Source: Bugula neritina
Taxonomy: Eukaryota; Animalia; Bryozoa
Length of the DNA stretch: 64,000 nucleotides
Direction of reading: 5' to 3'
Assembly: GCA_964035545.1 (NCBI GenBank)
Contig: OZ037768.1
Coordinates: 62,001-126,000 of the forward strand
The notes beneath the pieces were generated by a model. The model was not told where the DNA came from. It ran no database searches and was given only the letters and a program-made list of their open reading frames with translations. The stretch's first letter is position 1; each line of letters begins with the position of its first letter. The position numbers and the translations under genes are program-made. Shown here one piece after another: positions 39,801 to 59,913 of the stretch.

Positions 39801-42800
39801 ATGTCTCCCATCCCACCAGGTAGCCCATTCACCCCAGGAGCACCTGGTGGGCCAGGACTACCAGTATCTCCTTTTTCACCTTTCACAGCTAAATAAATAT
39901 AGAGAAGATAACCCCCAAATAGTATCTACTGTGTTTAATTCCCTTTCACTTCATCCTGCCTTTGTTGTTACATATCCTTGTACATAATATATACTGTATC
40001 TATCCCTAGTTAACTCTATCCGTATCTTCTGTATCCACTCCTAGTTACCTCTATCAGTATCTACTGTATCCACTCCTACTTACCTCTATCAGTATCTACT
40101 GTATCCACTCCTAGTTACCTCTATCAGTATCTACTGTATCCACTCCTAGTTACCTCTATCAGTATCTACTGTATCCACTCCTAGTTACCTCTATCAGTAT
40201 CTACTGTATCCACTCCTAGTTACCTCTATCAGTATCTACTGTATCCACTCCTAGTTACCTCTATCAGTATCTACTATATCCACCCCTAGTTACCTCTATC
40301 AGTATCTACTGTATCCACTCCTAGTTACCTCTATCAGTATTTACTGTATCCACTCCTAGTTACCTCTATCATTATTCGCTGTATCCACTCCTAGCAGAGT
40401 CCCACTATTTGGCAGACGTCCAGCAGCTGTTAGAATCCCTTCAGTAGACTGAGTCCCACCAGTGATAGTTTGAGATGGAAGGATTGTAGGCTGCACCGTA
40501 TAGTCTTCATAACTTGTGTCCCCCGAGGCTATCCAGTCCTCAGCCTATCAAACACTCTGCTGGTGTACATGTGAATAGAGAGGAGACGACTCTTAAACAC
40601 TTAGAAGCAAACTATGCATAGACAAGCGGTTACCTCATCATCGGGAGTTATCCCTCCATTAGGAGTTATCTCAAACTCCAGTTGATCAGTTGCAGCAGAT
40701 TCCTGCTTCTAAAACACAAGATGGACGTTACAGTGTGACAGAGCAATAACAATCCTATCAAAGAGTGCACTGGTCTATCAAGTTGTCATCTTATTCCAGT
40801 TTAGAATCAATCAAATATATAACTGTGTAGAAGTATAATATAGAGACACATGTGTGGAGGCATCTTTGATTGGAGATAGGCTTCGTTATAATATAGTCAT
40901 GAAATTCTTGATACAAAAGCTTAATGTTAGCAGTTTCAAGTTGTATGTGTCATATAGTAGCAGGTGCTCTAGACTGATGCATCATAGGAGTGCCATATGG
41001 CTTTGACACAGCTGAGCAGGTGCTCTTTCTGTACAACAAATCAATAACTGATAGCTTATTGTTTGACACTATTTATAGTTATTGTAAACTAATTGGGCGC
41101 TATTAATTATTGTTAATATAATTAACATCTTTTTATACAAATCAATTACAATCAGCACTGAATGCAGCAGATAAGAGTGAGTATTAAACAATGCAGGTAG
41201 GCAGTTAATTGGTACAGGAAGTTGTGATAGTACGCCAAATTCTCACCTCTCTCTGATATGACTCATCACATTGTAAAGCTGCATCCTCTACACTGTTTGA
41301 AACAAGCAGCTCCTGAATATGCCCCTTCAATATGACACAGTATGACATAGTACGGCGGAGTATGACAGAGCGTGACAGAGTATGACAGAGCGTGACAGAG
41401 TATGACAGAGTGTGACAGAGTGTGACAGAGAGTAACACAGTATGACAGAGTATGACATGTAATAGCATGCGCATCACATAATAACTGCAATAAAACAGCA
41501 TGCAATGTAGTATTGGTTTTATTAAATAATATTATGAAGTCTCAATTCAATAAAATAGTAGATGCTTTAAATTCAATAAAAAAATAGGCTACATACTTTA
41601 CAACAATAATATAAATTTAAATTTAATAGTTTCGTTTAGAATTCATATTAATTAGAGCAAGATAAATTTTGTCTTATTTGAATAAATGATTTGAAATGAA
41701 CAAGGTTGTTGTGAGAGTGAGAGAATAATGGTGGTCCTTCCATATCCATTACCTTGAAATCCTGTTGAATGAGACCCCCAGCGTGGCCGATGACCAGCAG
41801 ACTATCTTCTGAGAAAGAGAGAGACGTCTGTGACCTAGTTACATCGACCACGGTGTAGTTGTGACAGTACACGAAGAGATTCACTTTGTCTTCTGTCACA
41901 CTCAAGGCAAACCGTGACCATCTGTCTACCATGAGAGGGACAGTGAAACTAGCCAGCTTAGAGGAGCCCTGTAGGTGTACTATACTATGTAATATATTCA
42001 CAACTATGCAATACACTACAATACACTTACAATCAGCCAAATATTATATTTTTAATATTGATTATTATATTCCAACAGAAATAAATTATAATATACAATC
42101 AAACTCTGAAAATAATACATAAAGAATAATACATTCAACTGTAAAATTACATGATACATTTTTCTGAAACATATCAATTAAACACAAAGTAGTAGTGTGG
42201 GGGAGGTGGAGGAAAGGCATGTGTACAGAGCCACACGGTACTTCTCACACGTGAGGAGTTGGTGTAGTGTTGGTTATACAGAGGAGATGGTGTAGTGTTG
42301 GTTGTACAGTAGAGATGGTGTAGTGTTGGTTGTACAGTGGAGATGGTGTAGTGTTGGTTATACAGTAGAGATGGTGTAGTGTTGGTTGTATAGTAGAGAT
42401 GGTGTAGTGTTGGTTGTACAGTGGAGATGGTGTAGTGTTGGTTGTATAGTAGAGATGGTGTAGTGTTGGTTGTACAGTGGAGATGGTGTAGTGTTGGTTA
42501 TACAGTAGAGATGGTGTAGTGTTGGTTGTACAGTGGAGATGGTGTAGTGTTGGTTATACAGTAGAGATGGTGTAGTGTTGGTTGTATAGTAGAGATGGTG
42601 TAGTGTTGGTTATACAGTAGAGATGGTGTAGTGTTGGTTGTACAGTGGAGATGGTGTAGTGTTGGTTGTACAGTGGAGATGGTGTAGTGTTACTTACATC
42701 TGTGTCCTTGGTAGACTCATTTGATGCCTGTATTAAAGTACGACAAGTGGTTGGACAAATCAGTTAGTTAGTGTCGCTATGGTAACAGTATTCTACTACA

Positions 42801-45800
42801 TCTAATGGTAATGATAACTGCGGAGAGACAACCCCTGCTACAGACCAACCTTGCGTACATTCTGGGTGTACCACAGGTCTATAACCTGAGTGTAGTCATT
42901 ATCCCCCCTGGAAATACTCAGTCCAAACTGTACCACAGACTCTAGGCTGTCCATCACAGCAAAGAGGAAACCTCCTTCCAACTCCTCTGGCTTCATAGTA
43001 ACAAGTATAGAGAATTCTGACCAGAGAGTGGGCGGCAGGTAGTGCTTCAACTACAATATATCAATCAGTGCAGGTATAAGAGAAATAGTCAAGTGAAAGT
43101 TGCATAATACTTCTACAGCAACACAATCTGCAGCACAAAACATTCTGTAAGAGTTTCTGGAGCATGTAAACCTGACATACAAGTTGTTACTCAATTCAGA
43201 TTTGAACAGAGAGAGTTTTACCGGAGCATTAATACTGGAAGAAGGAGGGAAGTAGTAAGCCGGTTTGCTCATGAATACATCTGGAACTATTTCTATTTTA
43301 TCATCTCTCTCTTTGCTAATCACGTTGACGAGATCAACTTCAGTAGCAGCAAAAGCCACATCTGGTAGGAAAATAATCATAACACGTTATATACTGTATA
43401 CTCAACACGTTATATACTATATACTCAACACGTTATATACTATATACTCAACACGTGATATACTGTATACTCAACACGTTATATACTGTATACTCAACAC
43501 GTGATATACTGTATACTCAACACGTTATATACTATATACTCAACACGTGATATACTGTATACTCAACACGTGATATACTGTATACTCAACATGTGATATA
43601 CTGTATACTCAACACGTTATATACTATATACTCAACACGTTATATACTATATACTCAACACGTTATATACTATATACTCAACACGTGATATACTATATAC
43701 TCAACACGTTATATACTATATACTCAACACGTGATATACTGTATACTCAACACGTGATATACTGTATACTCAACACGTTATATACTATATACTCAACACG
43801 TGATATACTGTATACTCAACACGAGATATACTGTATACTCAACACGTGATATACTGTATACTCAACACGTGATATACTGTATACTCAACACGTGATATAC
43901 TGTATACTCAACACGTGATATACTGTATACTCAACACGTTATATACTATATACTCAACACGTTATATACTATATACTCAACACGTTATATACTGTATACT
44001 CAACACGTTATATACTGTATACTCAACACGTGATATACTGTATACTCAACACGTACATTCACAGTTGGGCATGCTCGGCTCCTCAACTCTAGTATTCGGT
44101 ACTTCCTCTCCACTCTCTTCCTCTACGCACCAACACCAGCCATCATAGCACTGGTTCTGTTTGAATGTGCCATCTGGTTTGCAGAGCGGGACAAAACCCC
44201 CATTAAACACAGCAAAATACTTGGCCATGGTGCATGATGAGCCTGGAAAACATTGTGAGCTTTATAGTTTGGTCTGTTGATATTAGGAGGTTATCTCCCC
44301 TGGAGGTGGGGTGTGAACCCTTGCAGTATCAACTCTCTTAGCAGAGTAGGGGTGGAGCCCCTTCCCCTCCTCTACCAGATCAACATAAGACTGGCAGACT
44401 GACAAGTGACAGCAAGTGTCTCTGTTAGGCACACAGCTCAGAGAGAGACTGACAAGTGACAGCAAGTGTCTCTGTTAGGCACACAGCTCAGAGAGAGACT
44501 GACAAGTGACAGCAAGTGTCTCTGTTGGGCACACAGCTCAGAGAGAGACTGACAAGTGACAGCAAGTGTCTCTGCTAGGCACACAGTTCAGAGAGAGACT
44601 GACAAGTGACAGCAAGTGTCTCTGTTAGGCACACAGCTCAGAGAGAGACTGACAAGTGACAGCAAGTGTCTCTGTTGGGCACACAGTTCAGAGAGAGACT
44701 GACAAGTGACAGCAAGTGTCTCTGTTAGGCACACAGCTCAGAGAGAGATAAAACAACAACTTGATGAATGAAATCTGCTGAGAGATTTCAAGGAAATTAA
44801 ATTCAATTGTCATTCATGGAGTTCAAACATCAAACAGACCTTTTATATAGAGAGTGAATTCCGGCAATGACAATGCCTGTCAACAAAGAACTCAAGGGAA
44901 CTGATATTTATACTGATAAGTGATAAGATCTTTCATTTAGATGTCATTGTAGATGGGAATACTGCACTCAACTGTACATATGTCAACACCTGATGGTATC
45001 ACGGCATACTGTGAGTAACTTGACTATAGCGGCAGCCAATAGAAACAGCCAATAGAGACAGACGACAGCAGCAGCCATTAGTGGCAGCAAATAGTAGCAA
45101 CCATTAGCGGCAGCTAATACTGGTCGAAATATAAGCGAAAGAGCCAATAATGGCAAAGACGGTGGGTTTGAGAAGGTGAAGTAAATGTGACCCAGACTTG
45201 AACTCTAGAAATGCTTAACCTGGCCTGGCTATCGGCAGCAATGTGATGCTTGCAGTATGATACTACATGTCTACTGTGTACATCTACTGTATATTATATA
45301 TTATATTTACTGTATCAGTTACTAAATTCCCGCAGGGCAAATTATGAGAACAACAACTGAGAGTCAAATAAAATATTCCAACAATGTGTTGCACCCTTGT
45401 ATATGCGTTTATATATTATATACTATATATATTATATACACTGTATACTGTATATATTATATATACTGTATACTGTATATATTATACTAGGCATACTGTG
45501 TATCATATGCTGTATATAATGAAAACTCACCTCCAATTCCATGATATTTGCTGACATCAATAGACAAGGCAGCGGCAAACAGCAAGACTAACACCAGGTA
45601 TCTACAGGTGAATAGGTAGGTCTATGTACAGCAATATGTAATATAGCAATATAACAATATATAACAGTACATATATAATAATATATAATATAACACTATA
45701 TAATATAATAATATATAATATAACAATACATAATATAACAATATGTAATATAATAATATATAGGCTAATATAACAATGTGTAGTATATTTATATATAATA

Positions 45801-45994
45801 TAACAATATATAATGTAATGATATATAATATAACAACACATAATATACCAATATATAATATAATAATACATAATATAACAATATATAATGTAAAGATATA
45901 TAATATAACAATACATAATATAACAATACATAATATAACATAGGTAATACAATACATAAAATAACAAACTTCACCTCATAGTAGTCACGTCCAT
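27884..45994 (-). CDS. Collagen XV/XVIII-type multiplexin: signal peptide, thyroglobulin type-1 module, TSPN/LamG, interrupted Gly-X-Y, trimerization domain, endostatin
   Basis: Exons include 45994-45975 and 45601-45531 ([20 protein letters not shown]), 44242-44057 (TY1), 43361-43222, 43050-42850, 41968-41753 and 41324-41247 (TSPN), 40708-40634, 40544-40364, many Gly-X-Y exons between 39888 and 31885, 31510-31382 (trimerization, [13 protein letters not shown]), 30991-30863, and 29998-29804, 29292-29180, 28082-27884 (endostatin: [35 protein letters not shown]). Confidence 0.9.
28098..29140. repeat. 30-bp minisatellite with 150-bp higher-order structure
   Basis: Unit GTATAATATTATATTACTATGTATTACTAC; the variant order ABCAD repeats over 28291-28890. 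Confidence 0.92.
29315..29810 (-). repeat. 16-bp array copying the collagen exon end plus donor, about 31 copies
   Basis: Minus-strand unit AGTRAG|GTGRGTGTAT; the real junction is AACAGTAAG|GTGGGT at 29804/29803. Confidence 0.92.
30001..30837. repeat. 43-bp intronic minisatellite, about 19 copies
   Basis: Unit TACAGTGTATTACATAATAATACTGAGTATATAGTTAGTAGTA; its terminal copy supplies the acceptor at 29999. Confidence 0.93.
31065..31352. repeat. 21-bp intronic minisatellite
   Basis: Unit CACTGGTCTAGTCACACAGCA. Confidence 0.9.
32050..32665. repeat. 10-bp intronic array, about 61 copies
   Basis: Unit TGAGATARTA. Confidence 0.95.
33115..33925. repeat. 33-bp intronic minisatellite, about 24 copies
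   Basis: Unit AGGTCATATAGCTATGTAAGTAACATATCTATA; it abuts the donor at 33927. Confidence 0.93.
35143..35990. repeat. 40-bp intronic minisatellite, about 21 copies
   Basis: Unit TGAGTACTATACTAAGGTACTAGCTGGTAAGGGGGTAGAC. Confidence 0.94.
37632..39185. repeat. 22-bp intronic minisatellite, about 70 copies
   Basis: Unit TACTAGACACTTGCTAACAATA. Confidence 0.95.
39990..40394 (-). repeat. 35-bp array copying the last 31 nt of a collagen exon plus donor, about 11 copies
   Basis: Minus-strand unit CTAGGAGTGGATACAGTAGATACTGATAGAG|GTAA; the exonic copy is CTAGGAGTGGATACAGCGAATAATGATAGAG|GTAAC. Confidence 0.9.
42260..42690. repeat. 28-bp intronic minisatellite, about 15 copies
   Basis: Unit ATGGTGTAGTGTTGGTTGTACAGTRGAG. 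Confidence 0.92.
43380..44054. repeat. 23-bp array filling the intron after the thyroglobulin exon, about 29 copies
   Basis: Unit CAACACGTKATATACTRTATACT; it begins at the donor 44056. Confidence 0.93.
44397..44748. repeat. 50-bp intronic minisatellite, 7 copies
   Basis: Unit GACTGACAAGTGACAGCAAGTGTCTCTGTTAGGCACACAGCTCAGAGAGA. Confidence 0.93.
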
Positions 45995-47247
45995 TACAGC
46001 TGAATTCACACCAACAGTACTTGTGTCTTGTGAGAAGATGACTCTATGACATCACTTCCTCCTACAAAGTACACTGGATAGTTTATTCTTCTTAACTTAC
46101 CTTTAACTTACTCCGTTAACCTACCTCTAACTTACTCCGTTAACTTACCTGTAGCTTACAGCTGTTTGAAATAATTTTTTCAAATCCAAGGGAGGTTATT
46201 TAAAGCACACTGAGTAAGCACAGAGCAATACACACCTGTAAGAGTAGAGTAATGAAGTGTGTACAGTATGTCACTGTATAGAATGTGTGTGTGTAAGTGT
46301 GTACAGTATGTCACTGTATAGAAGTAAATAAAGGGGCACACTGTATAAAGGTATATAAAGGGGCACACTGGGGGCACTTGGCCAATAGGCTGCACCCAAT
46401 GACAATCCGTAGAAACAGGTACAATTTCAGACAAACAAACAATAGAAGGCTTAGCATTGTGGCCACGCTCATTATGTTACTTTCAGTTATTAGAAATAAA
46501 GTTTAGAGAAATGGGGACAGGAGAGGGTCGTTGAGTGCAGTTATATTGTCAAACTGCCGGTGTGTACCAACAGTAACACACTTATACAATGAGCGTTGTG
46601 TTGTTTCATTAAATACTTTCTACTTATGCAAGCATAAATTAGTTACCCACAGCTTCTTCAATAGCTTTCAATTAAGTGTTATATAAAACACCATCTAACA
46701 AACCATATTTATTGGTTGTCCCCCCTTTCAAGTGTCCTACCAATTATCATACTTCTCCATCCTTCAACTGTCCACCCCTAACTTTTCTATCCACAGTTTA
46801 CAATATAATTATACACGACTACTACGGAGAGCATTATGGGTAGAGGAAGTGCACACTGTTACAGAGAGCATTATGGGTAGAGGAAGTGCACACTGCTACA
46901 CAGAGCATTATGGGTAGAGGAAGTGACTGCAGTTCCATAAGAGCAAGGACTGAGTGATATTTATTGTCTCCATGAGTTACAGTGACTCACAATACATACA
47001 GTATTATATACAATAGCGTCCACTCTAACACAGATATTATAATTATATTATTTCCACATAACCATAAATACTTTAAAAATAAATATACACTGTGTGGCTA
47101 ACAACCCCCCCCCCCCCTGCTGGCGTTACATATCTACATGTAGTGACCCCCTCCCCTCAGTTCTCAGTATCACATGCTAAGTTCTAACCAGCAGACACAC
47201 CAACACCCCTAGCCTCAGCACCTGGTCTGAGGACCTAGCCCGAGGCC

Positions 47248-56763
<9,516 letters not shown>

Positions 56764-57214
56764 CTCTATATCTGCCAAGCATAGGTATCACACATAAAAT
56801 ACTTGTTTATAGACAAACTATGCATCAGTGTTCGGGTACAACAATGTACCATGTGCTGAGTGTACAGGTACCTACCATGTGCTGACTATACAAGTACCTA
56901 CCATATGCTGACTATACAAGTACCTACCATGTGCTGAGTGTACAGGTACCTACCATATGCTGAGTGTACAGGTACCCACCATGTGCTGAGTGTACAGGTA
57001 CCTACTTTATGCTGAGTGTACAGGTACCTACCTTATCCTGACTATACAGGTACCTACCATGTGCTGACTAAGTGTAAACATTAGTTTGGAAAGTAAGCTA
57101 TAATTTGTCTGGTTACAGATATTTCTATCAGTATAGCTAAGACTACCAAATAAACACCGTATGTACACCACAACGTCTCTGGGGAGCAAAGAATCTCTAG
57201 AGCTACGATACTTG

Positions 57215-57815
57215 TTCATCTAGACTCTAGAGTCACTAGTAGCTATTCATCTAGACTCTAGAGTCACTAGTAGCTATTCATCTAGACTCTAGAGTCACTA
57301 GTAGCTATTCATCTAAACTCTAGAGTCACTAGTAGCTATTCATCTAGACTCTAGACTCACTAGTAGCTATTCATCTATACTCTAGAGCCACTAGTAGCTA
57401 TTCATCTAGACTCTAGAGTCACTAGTAGCTATTCATCTATACTCTAGAGTCACTAGTAGCTATTCATCTAGACTCTAGACTCACTAGTAGCTATTCATCT
57501 AGACTCTAGAGTCACTAGTAGCTATTCATCTAGACTCTAGACTCACTAGTAGCTATTCATCTAGACTCTAGAGTCACTAGTAGCTATTCATCTAGACTCT
57601 AGACTCACTAGTAGCTATTCATCTATACTCTAGAGTCACTAGTAGCTATTCATCTAGACTCTAGACTCACTAGTAGCTATTCATCTAGACTCTAGAGTCA
57701 CTAGTAGCTATTCATCTAGACTCTAGACTCACTAGTAGCTATTCATCTAGACTCTAGAGTCACTAGTAGCTGTTCATCTATACTCTAGAGTCACTAGTAG
57801 CTATTCATCTATACT
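57215..57815. repeat. 31-bp palindrome-rich minisatellite, about 19 copies
   Basis: Unit TTCATCTAGACTCTAGAGTCACTAGTAGCTA, which contains the perfect 12-bp palindrome GACTCTAGAGTC. Confidence 0.93.
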
Positions 57816-59913
57816 GGGGCACACATTGAAAGAATAGTGGTGGAGCACACAAACTGGAGGGTGAGGTGCTACCCTTTAGTATATCCCCCTAAGCTGACGT
57901 AAATGGCGGAGATGAAATGACCTTTGCATAGAAGTCTGTCTGTCCGTCTGACGCTCAACCACATATGGCAAAAGTTCAGTGGCTGTCTTACACACATAAC
58001 CACCCCTAACCCATAATTAGTGGCATGATTACCTCTTTATTTAAACCTTTTTGATCACCAAACTTACACGAATCTGCATTTCTTCTAATTCTGAGCATAA
58101 ACACCTCATATTGTACAGTTTCAGATTGTTGGACTTCAAAAACCCCACTCCCACTATAGATATGATGTTCTCTTTGAGTTCAAGTAATTCTCAAACATAG
58201 TGACTACACCACCTATGCTACTCAGAAGCTGAACACCTTATCACGCTACACCAGTGTGCAACTGGCTCAGTGCTATTTCCACATGACAGCATATCAAACG
58301 TGTAATATATCAAAAGGATGAGAACATATGAAATAATACCAACAAGTAACAACTATAAGTATTTCTATTGGCATTAGCTGATAAAAGTAGTAATTGATAT
58401 CAACCTTATAGTTTACTTGAAATAAATCAAATGTTCACAATTACTCATTGACTATACACATTAAACTATTTTTATGAAGTCTATAATTACAAGTACAACC
58501 TTTATTAACCAGCACTTTGAGTTTTAAAAATACTAAAATTAAAAAAGTTTAAAGCAGTGCATAAGCTATAGCCATATCTATAAAAGATATACTTATAGTC
58601 TATAAGTAAAATAACATAATTCATAACTAAAATTAAAACTACTTAGTTAGTATTACATTTACTATTAATGTTACCAACACTAACACTTAACAGTAACTTT
58701 TACTATAGACTACCACCTTTACTCTAAAACTTTAGTAATAAATAGAATAATATTAATAAATAGTTATAGGAAGAGTCTAAGACTAATATTTAAATAAGTG
58801 AAAGTTTAATACTAACAGAGTAACACCAACACTAAATCTAATAACTAATTACTAACACCAACAGTTACACTTTGACTTACAGTAACTTACTCAGTTAGTA
58901 ACAGTATGAGTAACACTAACATTAACTGCAACTTTAAGACCAAGTGTTAGTAAGACTAACTCTAAGTGTGACACCAACAGTAACTACACGGACACTAAAG
59001 GCCCTCGAGTCTCTAACTCTAAGACTTAAGACTTAAGAGCAACTGCAAGAGTAAGACTAAAGTCTAAGTCACTTTAAGTTTAACCTAAGTTAAAATTTAA
59101 ATTCACCAGTAAAGTGATTACTAGTTTCAGTTTTAAGTGTGCAAGTGCTAGTATTATTCAATTTTCATATCATATTCTTATTGATTGCTAAAAATAACAG
59201 TAGCTTGTGTAATACTGTCAAAATCACAGTCACACTCATTCACTCTGCGTGACCAATGTAGGTAAAACGACGGCCAGATAATGAACCAATCGCTAAATGC
59301 AGCCAAATTTTAGATGGGGTTACTAAGTGCAGTGTTATACGAACTTCAAATCTCCAACTCTAAACTCAGGACCCCTCCCCCAAACCACTGCGTTCAGGGA
59401 TCAACTTTGCGCTGCTCCAAGCGATTTCCAATCTATTAAATAAAATATCGCTCAAAGCAGCACCGCGACTGAGTATTGTGATTGTGTACACGTCTTTGTC
59501 CCTCTTTCCACCCACTGCTCCCCTCGGCCCCTCCTCACCAACGCACTCAGTGGCTGCAAATTTGGTGCTGTTTCAAGCGAATTTTAGCACATCATGAAGC
59601 TAGTATGAGAACTTTCAAGGCTATTATATAATTGAGCAAAGGTCGCTACAGATAAACCAACATTTTACACTTCTAGTATTTGGGTTACGTGTCGCATAAC
59701 AAACCTATTTCTATTGGCTTCAATAACAAAACAATGGTCGCAATAAACGAATGGTGTAGTCGCTTATATACGTTATCGGGTGTAAAATCCCACCAAACCT
59801 CTAAGTGATTACATGATGGATAATCTGCTCCAGCCTGACTCAAACTACTCGCAGTCGGCTCTTCATTAATAAAAGTAAACCTTAGATAAGCTACTGACTA
59901 AAAAGTAAATGTA

